A stretch of DNA of 64,000 nt from Dehalococcoidia bacterium (GTDB lineage: Bacteria; Chloroflexota; Dehalococcoidia; GIF9; UBA5629), in the NCBI GenBank assembly GCA_050011565.1, contig JBEKIW010000003.1:28137-92136 (forward strand), in the 5' to 3' direction. This document shows, one piece after another, positions 50,200 to 61,573 of this stretch. The notes beneath the pieces were generated by a model that did not search any database, was not told where the DNA came from, and was given only the letters and a program-made list of their open reading frames with translations. Both the position numbers and the translations under genes were made by a program. Numbering within the stretch: position 1 is the stretch's first letter; every line of letters begins with the position of its first letter.

Positions 50200-51159
50200 A
50201 TGAAAAAAACAAGACTTTGTGAACTACTCGGCATTGAATACCCGATAATTCAGGGCGGTATGGTATGGATTGCCAATGCTGAATTAGCTGCGGCAGTTTC
50301 CAATGCCGGCGGCTTGGGCTTAATCAGTCCCAATGCCGGTATGAGTCATAATGGCGACCAGGTGGAAAATCTAAAGAAGCAAATAGAAATAGCCAAGGGT
50401 CTAACTTCCAAACCATTCGGGGTCAATTTACCCATATTAAACAACCCCCAGATTGAGGCGCTCGTCGACGCGGTTATTAAGGCTAAAGTGAAAGTCGTGG
50501 CCACAGCCGCCGGCAATCCAGCCCTGTACACCAGCCGCTTCAAAGAAGCCGGAATAAAAGTCCTACATCTGGTAGCGGCTGTAAGACATGCCCAGAGTGC
50601 GGAAAGACGCGGTGTAGATGCGGTTATCGCTGAAGGCTATGAGGCGGGCGGTCACAACGGCCTTGATGAGCTGACCACATTGACTCTGGTGCCGCAGGTC
50701 GCGGACGCGGTGTCAATTCCGGTAGTGGCTGCCGGAGGCATCGCCGATGCCAGGGGCCTAGTGGCCGCGCTGGCATTAGGAGCCGACGGTGTTCAGATGG
50801 GCACTCGCTTTGTGGCCACTCGTGAGTGTGCCGCCCACCAGAATTTCAAAGATGCTATAGTAAAAGCTACAGATACCGACACAGCGATTACAGGCAGGAA
50901 ACTTGGACCAACCAGAATACTAAAGAACGAGATAGCCACCAAGCTGCTCGATATGGAGGCGGCTGGAGCTTCGGCTGAAGAGCTTCAAGCTTTTATCGGC
51001 AGCAGCCGGTCACGGACAGGACAATTTGAAGGCGACCTTGCCAACGGTGAAGCTTATTGTGGTTCCATAGCCGGTATGATAAAGGAAATAAAAAGCGTCG
51101 CTGAAGTAATTCAAAGCATCGTTGAGAACTACGATAAAGTATTGGCCCGCTTGAGATAA
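50200..51159 (+). CDS. nitronate monooxygenase / FabK-like enoyl-ACP reductase family (NPD) protein
   Basis: YPIIQGGM, EGYEAGGH and AAGGIADARG motifs. ATG 50200 follows GGAGGTG. Confidence 0.8.
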   Translation: MKKTRLCELLGIEYPIIQGGMVWIANAELAAAVSNAGGLGLISPNAGMSHNGDQVENLKKQIEIAKGLTSKPFGVNLPILNNPQIEALVDAVIKAKVKVVATAAGNPALYTSRFKEAGIKVLHLVAAVRHAQSAERRGVDAVIAEGYEAGGHNGLDELTTLTLVPQVADAVSIPVVAAGGIADARGLVAALALGADGVQMGTRFVATRECAAHQNFKDAIVKATDTDTAITGRKLGPTRILKNEIATKLLDMEAAGASAEELQAFIGSSRSRTGQFEGDLANGEAYCGSIAGMIKEIKSVAEVIQSIVENYDKVLARLR

Positions 51160-51270
51160 TAGAGATTGTTAAAACCGGCTTTACACCAGAAACCTGGTTC
51201 AATTCTAATAGATTGCAAACTCAGACGGCACGTAGAACTACTATGGTTTTATAATTATGAATAAGCAAGC

Positions 51271-51663
51271 TCAGCCGGCTTTTTCTGCCCTGGCTCGGGT
51301 ACTTCGCGCCAATACTCTGATAGCCTCCATCAAGTCCTGACGCCGGCAATCTTTGGTCAGATACCAACTGGCACCAGCATCGAGCGCAGCCCCCACGTAA
51401 TCACCATAGACCGTAAGAAACAGAATCTTAACTTCAGGTTGGCCTCGTTTTATGCGACGGGTTGCCTCTGTGCCATCTATGCCCGGCATGTGGGCGTCCA
51501 TCAAAATAACATCTGGAATCAGTTTTTCCGCTTTTGCCACAGCCTCCAGGCCATCCGTAGCCTCGCCAATCACATCTATGTCAGACTGGGGCTCAAGTAT
51601 ACTTTTCAGCCCCTCTCTTACTACTTCATTATCATCGACTATGAGTACTCTAATCTTTTCCAT
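51271..51663 (-). CDS. stand-alone response-regulator receiver protein
   Basis: VLIVDD..x..DVILMDAHMPGIDG receiver motifs. No output domain. Confidence 0.85.
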   Translation of the reverse strand: MEKIRVLIVDDNEVVREGLKSILEPQSDIDVIGEATDGLEAVAKAEKLIPDVILMDAHMPGIDGTEATRRIKRGQPEVKILFLTVYGDYVGAALDAGASWYLTKDCRRQDLMEAIRVLARSTRARAEKAG

Positions 51664-51824
51664 TCTATCTCCTGTATCCGGTCGCGAATCTTCTTTATCT
51701 AGTTCTAAGTTTACCGCCTCAATTCGGTTATATAATCGGGAGTATGGCTGGTTTCAACTGGGCAAAAAGGTGGAGTTTAAATCTCAACCTTTTCTCCGAT
51801 ATCCGGTAGTACTTTAGTATGACT

Positions 51825-52469
51825 CTAAAGGCGGATTATGCCCTTCTTTAAAGCTTGAGTTACGGCTTCGGTACGGTCATTCACTCCCAGTTTTTGAAAG
51901 ATATTAGTAATATGCGTTTTAACCGTACTCTGGGCAATATTAAGTTCCGCGCTAATCTCTTTATTTGCCGCACCTTTGGCCACGAGGCATAATACTTCCA
52001 GCTCTCGCTCAGAAAGCTCATCACCGGACGGCGTCCGGCGGGACAGTTGGGAGAACCGGTCAAGCAGCTTTGATGCTACTACCGGCTGGATAAGTGACTC
52101 ACCCCGATAAACAGACCTTATGGCTTTAAACAAATCCTCTCTCGGGGCATCCTTAAGGAGATAAGCCCGCGCGCCAGCCTCTATGCCGCTAAATATATAG
52201 TCGTCATCGCTGTAAGTAGTCAGGATTATAAATTTGACATCAGGCATAGTCGGGCGAATCTGCCTCATAGCTTCGACGCCGTCCATCTCCGGCATTCGGA
52301 GGTCCATCAGCACCACGTCCGGGCTTAATTCCTTGGCCTTATTCACTGCTTCTACTCCGTCCTTAGCTTCACCAACCACCTTAAAGTCACCCTCCCGGCT
52401 CAGCATGGCAATCAATCCTTCTCTTACTACCGGATGGTCATCAGCAATCAAAATCTTTATAGCTTCCAC
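51825..52469 (-). CDS. NarL/LuxR-family response regulator
   Basis: Receiver domain (ILIADDH, DVVLMDLRMPEMDG) plus a C-terminal LuxR HTH (LSERELEVL..GAANKEIS). The GTG start overlaps the kinase stop by 1 nt. Confidence 0.9.
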   Translation of the reverse strand: MEAIKILIADDHPVVREGLIAMLSREGDFKVVGEAKDGVEAVNKAKELSPDVVLMDLRMPEMDGVEAMRQIRPTMPDVKFIILTTYSDDDYIFSGIEAGARAYLLKDAPREDLFKAIRSVYRGESLIQPVVASKLLDRFSQLSRRTPSGDELSERELEVLCLVAKGAANKEISAELNIAQSTVKTHITNIFQKLGVNDRTEAVTQALKKGIIRL

Positions 52470-54625
52470 TACGAAACCTCCTTGCCGGTAGGAATAACTA
52501 TCTTCACCAGCGTCCCTTTGCCTCTTTGGCTTTGCACTTCAAACGTACCCCCTAAGCCCCGGGCCCGTTCCCGCATACTTATCAAACCGAAAGTATCACG
52601 TTTCTTCTCTCCCTTATCTCCATCATCCGATACTTTATGTTTGAAGCCAACGCCGTTATCTCGAACGGTGAGTTCCGCCGCTGATTCATTAAAAGTGAGA
52701 TTTACCTCTACTTCAGTAGCTTTGGCATGCTTTCTTACATTGGTCATGGACTCCTGGAAAATGCGAAGAATGCCGGCTTCCAGCTCAGGCGGCAAGTCAC
52801 GCCTGTCACCCATAATATTGAATTTCACAATCACACCTGTGCTCTGGCTGAATCTGTCTACCTCTTGTTTAATCGCATCAGCTAAGGGCCGTTGTTCTAG
52901 AGCCTCTGGGCGTAAGTTCCATACCGAGCGTCTCGCCTCAGCTAGGCTTTTTCTAGCTAGATTTCGAGCCTGGTTTAAATGGCGCTGTAACGCCGGCAAA
53001 TCACTACCTAATGCTTGTTCTGCTGCCTCAAGCTGCAAAATAATGCCGCTGAACCCTTGAGCCAGCGTGTCATGAATCTCCCTGGCCATGCGGTTACGTT
53101 CTTCCATCACTGCCATTTGCCGTGTCTCATCATACAGACGTGCATTGTCGATAGCCACCGCCAGTTGGTCAGCCAGCGTCTGGGCAGTATACAAATCAGC
53201 TTCACCAAAAGCATCGACGTCGGTGCTCTCGATATCGAGAACTCCAATAACATTGTTTCCCATCTTCACCGGCACAGCAAGCTCAGACCTGGTGTCTCTT
53301 AACGCCTCGACGGCACGATACCTCGGGTTCTCACTTACATCATTGGCTAAAATAGGTTCACCTGTCTGGGCTACCCAACCAACAATGCTCTCTTCATCCA
53401 CCTCCAGAGGTACTCCGACGGGTATAACGCTTTTCTGTCCGCTTAAACACAGCGCTTTAAGGGCCAGTGTACCGGAAGAGGGCTCCAATAAATATATGTT
53501 GACATTATAGAAGTGAAAGGTCTCACGGAGTAAGTTGCCCACATAAGGGAGCAGCTCATCGAGTTTAACAATAGAGCTAATCTTGCGGCTAACTTCGTTT
53601 ACGGTACGCAGTTGTTCCGCTCTCTGACGCTCCTGCTTGGTTCTCTCAGCAACCTTCAGTTCCAGACCCGTGTAAGATTCTTTTAGTGCCTTAGCCATAT
53701 TGTTGAATTGTTCCGCCAACTGCTGGATTTCATCTCCAGTCTCGGCCTTAATGTTATAGTCGAGTTCGCCCCTGGCTATGACTTCAGCACCCTTAGTGAG
53801 CGCCAGTATCGGTCGGGTAATGGCTCCCGATAGTAAAAATATCACCGCGGTAGCCAGAAGAATCATGCCACCGAAAACGCCAGTGAAAATCCACTGCGTT
53901 TTCTGTACCTGCTCATTTATATAGTCATTGGTCGCCTTGATCGTGGAGTTAATATGGGACTCCAGCTCTTCGGCTGGAGCCGAGTACTCGTCGATGTAGG
54001 TAGCTGCAGCTACTACAAGATTCATGCCCTTAACGGGTATACAATGCATATATTTTGTCCTTACGTTCCCTTTTTCATCTTTCCAGTCGTAATAGCCTGA
54101 TGCTTCCCCCTTAAAGCTCCTCTCTACAATAGAGGCAAAGGATACAGGTTCACCACCCACTTTAAGCAAGTTAACGCCGAGCAGCTTGGGGTCCACATCG
54201 AAATAGACGGTGCCGGTATTATCATAGACGAATGTTGAACCAGTTTGCCCTACGGTCTGCACCGCTATCTCGCGCAATGTGTCATTCGCCTTCAGTTCGG
54301 AGGTGCTTAAGGAGGGATGATACTGCATGAAAAGCCCTATCTCATCGGCAACATATAACGCACGCCGTTGTATTAGAGTCCGGCCCAGGTCTTCCAGAGC
54401 GGAGATGCTCTGACGCGCAACTTCTTCTCCCATACTCGTACTATTCAGCTTGACTAGAGAGCTGACCTGATATATGGTACGAAACGCCAGCAAGCTTATG
54501 ACGCCCAGCGAGATTAAAGACAAGGCCAAAAAAAAGATAAGAATTTTAGATCTTATGCCGAGCCGCACCTTAATTTTACTTTCCCAACCTCCAAACGCTC
54601 TTCTGTTTTTTACTCCGCTTGCCAT
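52469..54625 (-). CDS. sensor histidine kinase (extracytoplasmic sensor, HAMP, GAF, HisKA_3, HATPase)
   Basis: Two TM helices flank a domain of about 230 aa. A HAMP linker and a GAF region are present. H-box REIHDTLAQ, and a C-terminal GGTFEVQS G-box. Confidence 0.88.
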   Translation of the reverse strand: MASGVKNRRAFGGWESKIKVRLGIRSKILIFFLALSLISLGVISLLAFRTIYQVSSLVKLNSTSMGEEVARQSISALEDLGRTLIQRRALYVADEIGLFMQYHPSLSTSELKANDTLREIAVQTVGQTGSTFVYDNTGTVYFDVDPKLLGVNLLKVGGEPVSFASIVERSFKGEASGYYDWKDEKGNVRTKYMHCIPVKGMNLVVAAATYIDEYSAPAEELESHINSTIKATNDYINEQVQKTQWIFTGVFGGMILLATAVIFLLSGAITRPILALTKGAEVIARGELDYNIKAETGDEIQQLAEQFNNMAKALKESYTGLELKVAERTKQERQRAEQLRTVNEVSRKISSIVKLDELLPYVGNLLRETFHFYNVNIYLLEPSSGTLALKALCLSGQKSVIPVGVPLEVDEESIVGWVAQTGEPILANDVSENPRYRAVEALRDTRSELAVPVKMGNNVIGVLDIESTDVDAFGEADLYTAQTLADQLAVAIDNARLYDETRQMAVMEERNRMAREIHDTLAQGFSGIILQLEAAEQALGSDLPALQRHLNQARNLARKSLAEARRSVWNLRPEALEQRPLADAIKQEVDRFSQSTGVIVKFNIMGDRRDLPPELEAGILRIFQESMTNVRKHAKATEVEVNLTFNESAAELTVRDNGVGFKHKVSDDGDKGEKKRDTFGLISMRERARGLGGTFEVQSQRGKGTLVKIVIPTGKEVS

Positions 54626-55836
54626 ATCAACTTTTCTCCATATTCAAGTAAAACTTTCTGGCGTTCATCTCGTACTTTCTTAGTATCCAGGTATCTCTTT
54701 AGAGCTTCAATGGGGCTCAATCTCTGGCTGGTCAATTCACCCAACCTGAGACGTGCCTCCTGCCTTACTTCTTTGGCAATGACGGCGCAGTGAGCTGCTT
54801 TGAGAGCCTTGTTTATCTCTACTTCCCGAACAGAAGCTTCCAGAGCGGCAGGCAAGCTTATGTGAACCCTGACTACAGCATTTTCGATAGCCGCATGCTG
54901 CTGAGCAATAGCATTCAAAACAGTACCGGTTGGGTCTGCATCTTCAATAGCTATATCCACAGCCACAGTTACGAAGCGCCGGGCATTAACTTCATGGAAC
55001 TCATAGGTTACGCGCTTTTCTTTACCTCTCATTTCCACATCAACCACATAGAAACCTTTATCTTCATCTTCGTCGCCGAAGTCGAAACGCTCCAGACTGC
55101 CGGCATAAACAACAGGTGGGTTTTGAAGTAAAACCTGGTGTCGGTGGATATGTCCCAAAGCGACGTAGTCAAAAACAGGCAGAGCCACATTTCCCAGCAA
55201 CAAAACAGGGTCCCTCCCCACCACCATACTTCTCTCCGACCCAGGTTTAGCTGTCGACACCGCTACGTGAGCAGCCAGCAATGCCGGCAAGCCCGGGTCA
55301 AGTTCTGGAATAAGGTCTAACAGCCTGCGAGTCATTATTTCCTGAAGCCGGTCATTTGCCTGCTCTATGCTGAGATTTTTCGCTTCTTCCCGACTGAGCA
55401 ATGCACTTCGCTTAAGCCAGGGCAAAGCCACTATCTGAACATTACCCTTTTTAGTCGGTATACGGTAAATATCCGGTCGGTTGCCGACATAAATATGGTT
55501 GACAGACAATATATCGAAAATCTCCACAGCGTTAGCTCGACCAATTGCGTTGGGCAGGTCATGATTGCCTACCAATAAGAAAACGGCGATTCCGTTTTCT
55601 GATAGCCGTCTGAGCCGTTTGGCAAATTCTCGCTGTTGAGTCTGGGAAGGGTCACGATTCTTGTAAGCATCTCCACAAAACAGAACCAGGTCAACACCAT
55701 TACCCACCGCATACTCCACTACCTCGTCCAGAGCGTTCAGGACATCAATCAACCTCGTCGATAATCCCGTAGCCGGGTCAACACCACCATAAGTCTCCAT
55801 GCCCAGATGGAGGTCAGCAAAATGAAGAATCTTCAT
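54610..55836 (-). CDS. sbcD: SbcD/Mre11-family nuclease (metallophosphoesterase)
   Basis: [16 protein letters not shown] and GNHD motifs. The ATG at 55836 overlaps the glyQS stop (ATGA). Confidence 0.85.
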   Translation of the reverse strand: MKILHFADLHLGMETYGGVDPATGLSTRLIDVLNALDEVVEYAVGNGVDLVLFCGDAYKNRDPSQTQQREFAKRLRRLSENGIAVFLLVGNHDLPNAIGRANAVEIFDILSVNHIYVGNRPDIYRIPTKKGNVQIVALPWLKRSALLSREEAKNLSIEQANDRLQEIMTRRLLDLIPELDPGLPALLAAHVAVSTAKPGSERSMVVGRDPVLLLGNVALPVFDYVALGHIHRHQVLLQNPPVVYAGSLERFDFGDEDEDKGFYVVDVEMRGKEKRVTYEFHEVNARRFVTVAVDIAIEDADPTGTVLNAIAQQHAAIENAVVRVHISLPAALEASVREVEINKALKAAHCAVIAKEVRQEARLRLGELTSQRLSPIEALKRYLDTKKVRDERQKVLLEYGEKLIWQAE

Positions 55837-57203
55837 TGTTCTACAGCATCGGACGCTCTGGTTGCCCACAAAGGCTGCGTGTCAAAAGCTTCGCCGCTTA
55901 ACTTCGCCTGCAAAATTTTAACTGAGTCTTTTATCGGTAATCTAATCTGCGCCAGGCTATCGCGCTCCCGAATAGTAATCTGATTGTCCTCGAGCGACTT
56001 AAAATCCACGGTAACGCAGAAGGGAGTACCGACTTCGTCCTGACGTCGATAACGCCGACCAATGCTCTGGGCATCATCATATTGCGTCACAAAATGTCGA
56101 CGAAGTTCAGCATATACCTCCCTGGCTAGCGGCGCCAGCTTCTCATTTCTGCTCAACGGCAAAACAGCCACTTTGATTGGAGCCAGCTCACGGTGAAGAC
56201 GCAAAACCACTCTCGTTTCTCCATCAGCTAAGTCCTCATCATAAGCATCCACTAGAAACGCCAGCAGTGAGCGGTCGACTCCCGCCGAAGGCTCGATAAC
56301 ATAGGGCACGTAGCGCTCACCGGAATCTTCATCGAAATAACTCAAATTTTTGCCGCTGTGTTTAGCATGTTGCACCAGGTCGAAGTCACCCCTGTTGGCT
56401 ATACCCTCCAGCTCAGCCCACCCCATAGGGAAAAGATATTCGACGTCAAAGCAGCCCTTGGCATAATGGGCCAGTTCTTCATCGCAGTGCCGGCGTAGAC
56501 GCAGATTGTCCTGTTTGATTCCAAGCTTTAGGTACCACTCAAAGCGCTCCTTCACCCAATAATTGAACCATTCCTCGTCGGTTCCCGGCTTAACGAAGAA
56601 CTCAATCTCCATCTGCTCAAACTCTCTAGTCCGGAAAATAAAATTACCGGTCGTGATTTCATTGCGGAAGGATTTGCCTATTTGAGCAATGCCAAAGGGC
56701 AGCTTTTTCCTGGAAGTAGCCAGCACATTGTCGAAGTTAACGAAAATACCCTGAGCTGTTTCCGGTCGCAGATATACGACACTGGCATCATCTTCCACCG
56801 GTCCCATGAACGTCTTGAACATTAAATTGAATTGCTTTGGCTCCGTCAGAGCGCCGCCGCAATCGGGACAAACATTTCCAATTAAGTCGGTAGCTCGCCG
56901 TCTAAGGTGACAGGACTTACATTCCACCAACGGGTCGGAAAAGTTCTCCACGTGGCCGCTGGCGACCCACGTCTGGGGATGCATAATTATGCTGGCATCC
57001 AAACCAACCATATCATCCCGTTCTTGAACTACTGCCCGCCACCAGGTGTTTTTAACATTTCTCTTTAGTTCGGCCCCCAGCGGCCCATAATCCCAACTGC
57101 TGCCCAGGCCACCATAAATTTCGCTGCTCGGGAAAATAAAACCACGCCGCTTACACAGCGAGACGATTTTTTCCATATCTACTTTGCTTTTTTCCTCAGG
57201 CAA
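55833..57203 (-). CDS. glyQS: glycine--tRNA ligase (homodimeric type)
   Basis: Class II motifs (FRNEISPR-like [16 protein letters not shown]). The TTG start at 57203 is preceded by GGAGGA. Confidence 0.9.
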   Translation of the reverse strand: MPEEKSKVDMEKIVSLCKRRGFIFPSSEIYGGLGSSWDYGPLGAELKRNVKNTWWRAVVQERDDMVGLDASIIMHPQTWVASGHVENFSDPLVECKSCHLRRRATDLIGNVCPDCGGALTEPKQFNLMFKTFMGPVEDDASVVYLRPETAQGIFVNFDNVLATSRKKLPFGIAQIGKSFRNEITTGNFIFRTREFEQMEIEFFVKPGTDEEWFNYWVKERFEWYLKLGIKQDNLRLRRHCDEELAHYAKGCFDVEYLFPMGWAELEGIANRGDFDLVQHAKHSGKNLSYFDEDSGERYVPYVIEPSAGVDRSLLAFLVDAYDEDLADGETRVVLRLHRELAPIKVAVLPLSRNEKLAPLAREVYAELRRHFVTQYDDAQSIGRRYRRQDEVGTPFCVTVDFKSLEDNQITIRERDSLAQIRLPIKDSVKILQAKLSGEAFDTQPLWATRASDAVEQ

Positions 57204-57324
57204 TTAAATATCCTCCGAAGCTTACCCAAGCTTAGCAACTTTATGTCCGAGTGTCAAAAACCCCCAAGTGATGTTTTTACGTAATTGTGTTAGAATCAAA
57301 ACATACTGGCATTACATAAGCCTA

Positions 57325-58965
57325 ATGATGAAGACAATTAATAATCTCGGATTGCTGTTTGCGTTGTTTCTGGTGCTCCTGATTCCGGCAGGCAACTCGT
57401 GTCTTACTCAACCCGTAACTCCACCGTCACCTCCCCCACCCCAACAAGAGGAGCCGTCTCCGGATATGACACCGCCGCAAGCAGTAATCACCGTGGCTCC
57501 GGCTGAAACTATTACCTCCGGCAAAGTCACTTTTGAATGGACAGGCAGTGATGACAGGACGCCAACCAATAAACTGACCTATTCATATTATCTGGAAGGC
57601 CGCGATAACAGTTATTCTTCATTCACAGCGGACACTACTAAGACCTATACCAATTTGCCCGATGGCACTTATATGTTTTACGTCAAAGCTCATGATGAAG
57701 CTGACAATGTCGACTCCACACCGGCATCTGTCAAATTCACCGTGGCTACTCCCAAACCGGAAGGAAAAACCGAGACCGGGACCGTAACCCCGATTGTCAG
57801 TACGTTGCTTATAGTACCGAACAGCGATGTCAGCCATATCGCGGTTGGCTATGATAACACAATTTATGCACTTGATTCTCCCCATGCCAGGCTTTACAAG
57901 TCAGACCACGGCGGCTACGGTTGGACCGACATATCGAGAGGCCTTGGCGCAGCCGCACCCTGGACCGCACTGGCTATAGCCCCGGATGACCATAGAATAG
58001 TTGCAGTAGTGACCAATGGAACTGAAGTATTCGTGTCATCCGATGGTGGCGCCAACTTCGCTGCTACCGGATTAAACGGCAAGCTGAGCGGTAGTGAGCG
58101 TGTGCAATGCCTGGCTATCTCCCCGGGTTACGGCAGCCGGGATATTGCTGTAGGCACATCCACAGGCAGCGGCAATGGCAAGGTATGGGTAAACATAATG
58201 AATGGCTTTACGGGAGGCTGGCGGGACATGAGTTCCGGCGCCACCGGCTGGTCAAATGCCGACATCTTCGCTATCGAGTATTCACCGGGGTTTGCCGTTG
58301 ATGGCACCATACTGGCCGTCGCCGCCACCGGGCCTCCTCCGAATTCCGACGGCACTTTTCTGTACATCGGTTTCAGAGACCTCGGCGGAAATACCACAAC
58401 CTGGAATAATTCCTCAGGATATCCGGTGGAAATATCTCAATCAGGGCAGGATACGCCGGGGACGCCGCTCACCTATGCTGATATAGCCTTGCCCGCAGAC
58501 TATATTGGAACCTCTCCCGCAAATCGGCATGTCTACGCTTGCTGGAGCGACAACCCGCCGGGAGTAGCCGCCTCAGGCAGTCCAAATGATGATGTGTACC
58601 GTATTGACGACACTGTATGCTACAGGCTTCTGGTTCGTACTGATGTCATCTGCAGCCTGGCACACTACGGTATGTTCAGTAGGGGTAAGCTGCTGGCTGG
58701 GGCTGTGGCGGCATCGACTGTGTCGCTTTTCCGCGGCCCTCAGGTATACTTTACCTCTAACCCAAGCTCGCCATATCCCACCTGGCAGAACAGCCAGAAG
58801 CCGCCCACCGGTCCCGCTCAGGCCCGGGTAGCCTGGTCCGCTGACGGTATAGTTGGTTACTGTGGCACCAGCTCTCCGGCCGGCGGCAGCAATGACCAGA
58901 GCGCTTTCTCGGTAAGCATTAATAACGGCTTCACCTGGAACCAGATAGGGCTGATTGACCTTTAG
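57325..58965 (+). CDS. secreted lipoprotein with an FN3/Ig-like domain and a BNR (Asp-box) beta-propeller
   Basis: Lipobox LIPAGNSC and a Pro-rich linker. Asp-box-like SSDGGANF, SDHGGYGW and INNGFTW. Confidence 0.7.
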   Translation: MMKTINNLGLLFALFLVLLIPAGNSCLTQPVTPPSPPPPQQEEPSPDMTPPQAVITVAPAETITSGKVTFEWTGSDDRTPTNKLTYSYYLEGRDNSYSSFTADTTKTYTNLPDGTYMFYVKAHDEADNVDSTPASVKFTVATPKPEGKTETGTVTPIVSTLLIVPNSDVSHIAVGYDNTIYALDSPHARLYKSDHGGYGWTDISRGLGAAAPWTALAIAPDDHRIVAVVTNGTEVFVSSDGGANFAATGLNGKLSGSERVQCLAISPGYGSRDIAVGTSTGSGNGKVWVNIMNGFTGGWRDMSSGATGWSNADIFAIEYSPGFAVDGTILAVAATGPPPNSDGTFLYIGFRDLGGNTTTWNNSSGYPVEISQSGQDTPGTPLTYADIALPADYIGTSPANRHVYACWSDNPPGVAASGSPNDDVYRIDDTVCYRLLVRTDVICSLAHYGMFSRGKLLAGAVAASTVSLFRGPQVYFTSNPSSPYPTWQNSQKPPTGPAQARVAWSADGIVGYCGTSSPAGGSNDQSAFSVSINNGFTWNQIGLIDL

Positions 58966-59007
58966 TTTGACACCTTGACTCGCTATCTCCTACAATTTCC
59001 ATTCGTT

Positions 59008-59703
59008 ATGATTAAAGCCGTCTTATTCGACTTTTACAACACCCTGGCCAGCTACTATCCACCCCGGGAGGATATCTACATTAGCAGTTGCCGTGAACTA
59101 GGCATCGACGTAGAAGCCAAAGCGCTATTCACCTCATTAACCGCCGCCGACATTTTTTACCGCAATGAAAACTCCCGCTCGCCTATAGACAGCAAAAACC
59201 CAGAGGAAAAAATCAACTTCTACGTCGAATACGTAACCAGAATAATTGGCGGAGCCGGGGCAGAAATTAGCCGTGACGCCGCGCTTCAAATACTGGCTAA
59301 AATCAGAGAGTATAAATGGGAATTCAAAGTCTATGATGATGCATTACCCGTCCTAAAAACACTTAAAAAACGCGGCTTAATCCTCGGGCTTATTTCAAAT
59401 GTTGCTCAGGACATGGAGGCCACGTATACTAAGCTGGGATTGCAGCCATACCTCACTTTCAAAGTAACCTCGGCTGAGGTTGGTTATGATAAGCCACGGC
59501 CGGAAATATTCCTGGCGGCGCTTGGGAAAGCTAAAGTCAAGCCCGGAGAAGCGCTATATGTCGGTGACCAATACCAGATAGACGTCGTCGGCGCCCGCGG
59601 TGTCGGCATTAAGGCATTGCTCATCGACCGCAACGATTACTTTCCGGACATCACTGACTGTCCCCGACTGCACAGACTCACCGAAATCAAGGAATACATC
59701 TGA
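59008..59703 (+). CDS. HAD-family hydrolase
   Basis: Motif I (VLFDFYNTL), motif II (LISN) and motif III/IV (KP...YVGDQ..DV.GA). Confidence 0.85.
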   Translation: MIKAVLFDFYNTLASYYPPREDIYISSCRELGIDVEAKALFTSLTAADIFYRNENSRSPIDSKNPEEKINFYVEYVTRIIGGAGAEISRDAALQILAKIREYKWEFKVYDDALPVLKTLKKRGLILGLISNVAQDMEATYTKLGLQPYLTFKVTSAEVGYDKPRPEIFLAALGKAKVKPGEALYVGDQYQIDVVGARGVGIKALLIDRNDYFPDITDCPRLHRLTEIKEYI

Positions 59704-59952
59704 AGACGAAAACATTCTTCTCCGGGTAGATAGGAGCATCTGCTCCAATCATACCTCAGAGATTACAGAAAATCCTAATTTCCAAATACCAAACTCTAAA
59801 CAAATCCAAATAACAAATACCAATGACCAAAATATAATACTTCAAAAATTGGATTTTTAAATTTGGCGATTATTCGGGATTTAGGATTTCCGACTGTTCT
59901 GGCGAGGCTAAAGCCTCGCTGATATAGTGGTAAACAGTTGAATAGTTGACTT

Positions 59953-60789
59953 CTATCTAAGCACAGCGACATAGCTATTAAGTGGAACTTTGAGAGCATC
60001 GGCCACCGGCTGGCATTTTGCCCTGAGACAGTAGAAAACCTTACCTTCTACCACCAGCTCGGATAAAGACTCGTAGTAACCCATGCCTTTGGCAAAGACA
60101 AGGTCTGCGGTATTGAACTCGCGCTTAAACTCCGCTGCCGCCTGAGAAAAATCTATACCCGGTGTTGCCGTACCGGTGGCCAATATCTCGCCCAGCGCGT
60201 CTTCAAGCCCGGCTCTTTTTATATCTTCCACGGTAATGTCGTCTTGGACCGGCGCCGACTTAACTACATAGGCAACTGATGCCCGCCGTCTCATCCATCT
60301 GACAAGCGGTAAATCGAAAAACATCTCGCCGGCATTATCCGCCAGATATAAAATCCGTCTTGCGTGCTTGATTTTGGCTTCAAAATGCTTCGAATCGTCG
60401 ATGACGAAATTCACCGGCTCTTTCATATCCTGCTGAATAATATCCAGAGACCTGAAGAAATCGATGGTATTTCCCAGTGCGGCAAACTTGAGGCAGCTCT
60501 GAAAATTGCCAGGCTCGACTTTTATCTGCTTCGATAGCTCTCTGGCAACCGCAATCTCCTTATCTTTCATCTCCCGGTAAGGGTCAGGGTTTCCGGTTAT
60601 CTTCTTCACCGCATCATGGATTTTGGTGGCAACGACAATGGACACGCAGTCCATAGAGAAATCATCACGAAGTATTTCTAGGCTTTCGCTTAAAGCTCTG
60701 GCTTTAGCCCGTTCGTCATTTGTCGCCAGCTCTGCAGCCTGATTAGCCAGCTTTTGCAGGCATTCATAACAATTACCAGAAGCTTTCAT
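59953..60789 (-). CDS. DUF89 / ARMT1-like damage-control phosphatase family protein
   Basis: YLADNAGEMFFDL and FAKGMGYYESL motifs. Confidence 0.75.
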   Translation of the reverse strand: MKASGNCYECLQKLANQAAELATNDERAKARALSESLEILRDDFSMDCVSIVVATKIHDAVKKITGNPDPYREMKDKEIAVARELSKQIKVEPGNFQSCLKFAALGNTIDFFRSLDIIQQDMKEPVNFVIDDSKHFEAKIKHARRILYLADNAGEMFFDLPLVRWMRRRASVAYVVKSAPVQDDITVEDIKRAGLEDALGEILATGTATPGIDFSQAAAEFKREFNTADLVFAKGMGYYESLSELVVEGKVFYCLRAKCQPVADALKVPLNSYVAVLR

Positions 60790-60835
60790 TTCAAAAAAAC
60801 GCGCTGAATAGACCGTCTTGGGTTACAGTTGCGGC

Positions 60836-61324
60836 CTATCGGTTCAACAACCATATAGACGAATTCAGAACGACTGCAAAAGTTACCCACAGCAGATAAG
60901 GCCAGAGCAGCACACTGGAAGCTAAAGATATCCTGTAAAACTTCAGAGCTGTGAATAATATAGCCACCCACAGGACCACGATTACAATGAATCCGTACAG
61001 AGGCGACTCGAGGCCGAAAAAAACCACCGACCATAAGGCGTTTAGAACCAGCTGTATCAGAAATACAATTAGTGCTATTCTGACCTGTCGATTCTCCAAT
61101 CCCTTACGCCACACCAGAAATGCAGCTATGCCCATCAGTATATAAAGAAGTGTCCACACCGGGGCAAAGAGCCAGTTCGGCGGACTAAAAAACGGTTTTT
61201 GCAGCGTCGCATACCAAGTCGGAATGGCGCTTCGTGTAAATACGGAGCCGATGGCGCCGGCAGCCAGGCAGGCGACAACGCTAACCACCAGCTTCGGGAT
61301 ATCCCTGGTATTCATATTTCGCAT
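60836..61324 (-). CDS. tspO: TspO/MBR-family tryptophan-rich sensory protein
   Basis: Five TM helices. Motifs PPNWLFAPVWTLLY and WPYLLWVTFA. Confidence 0.85.
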   Translation of the reverse strand: MRNMNTRDIPKLVVSVVACLAAGAIGSVFTRSAIPTWYATLQKPFFSPPNWLFAPVWTLLYILMGIAAFLVWRKGLENRQVRIALIVFLIQLVLNALWSVVFFGLESPLYGFIVIVVLWVAILFTALKFYRISLASSVLLWPYLLWVTFAVVLNSSIWLLNR

Positions 61325-61360
61325 TGTACCAGATGGGGCAATTATTTTACTAACTGAGTG

Positions 61361-61417
61361 GCGAGATTCTTCGCTTCGCTCAGGATAACATCGGCGAAGA
61401 GCTCAAAATAACATGTC
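61361..61417. repeat. family C repeat module
   Basis: gcgagattcttcgcttcgctcaggataacatcggcgaagagctcaaaataacatgtc, compared with 31604-31658. Confidence 0.65.
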
Positions 61418-61573
61418 TCTCCAGATAGATTATGCTAATAATGAGTAGAAAAAAGATCTTAAAGACCATGCCGGCAAATCTACCACCGCAGTAATTTGAC
61501 GCTAAAAAAAGCTACATACAGGCGAAGTAGATTCTATGAGGCAATACGTGTATGCTTGAGAACCCCATTTGTC

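Noticed and set aside
59766-59890. An AT-rich stretch with imperfect inverted repeats (aaaatcctaatttcc / gggatttaggatttcc) about 95 nt apart, considered as a possible MITE
   Set aside because: The repeats are short and imperfect, no target duplication was seen, and the window holds only one copy.
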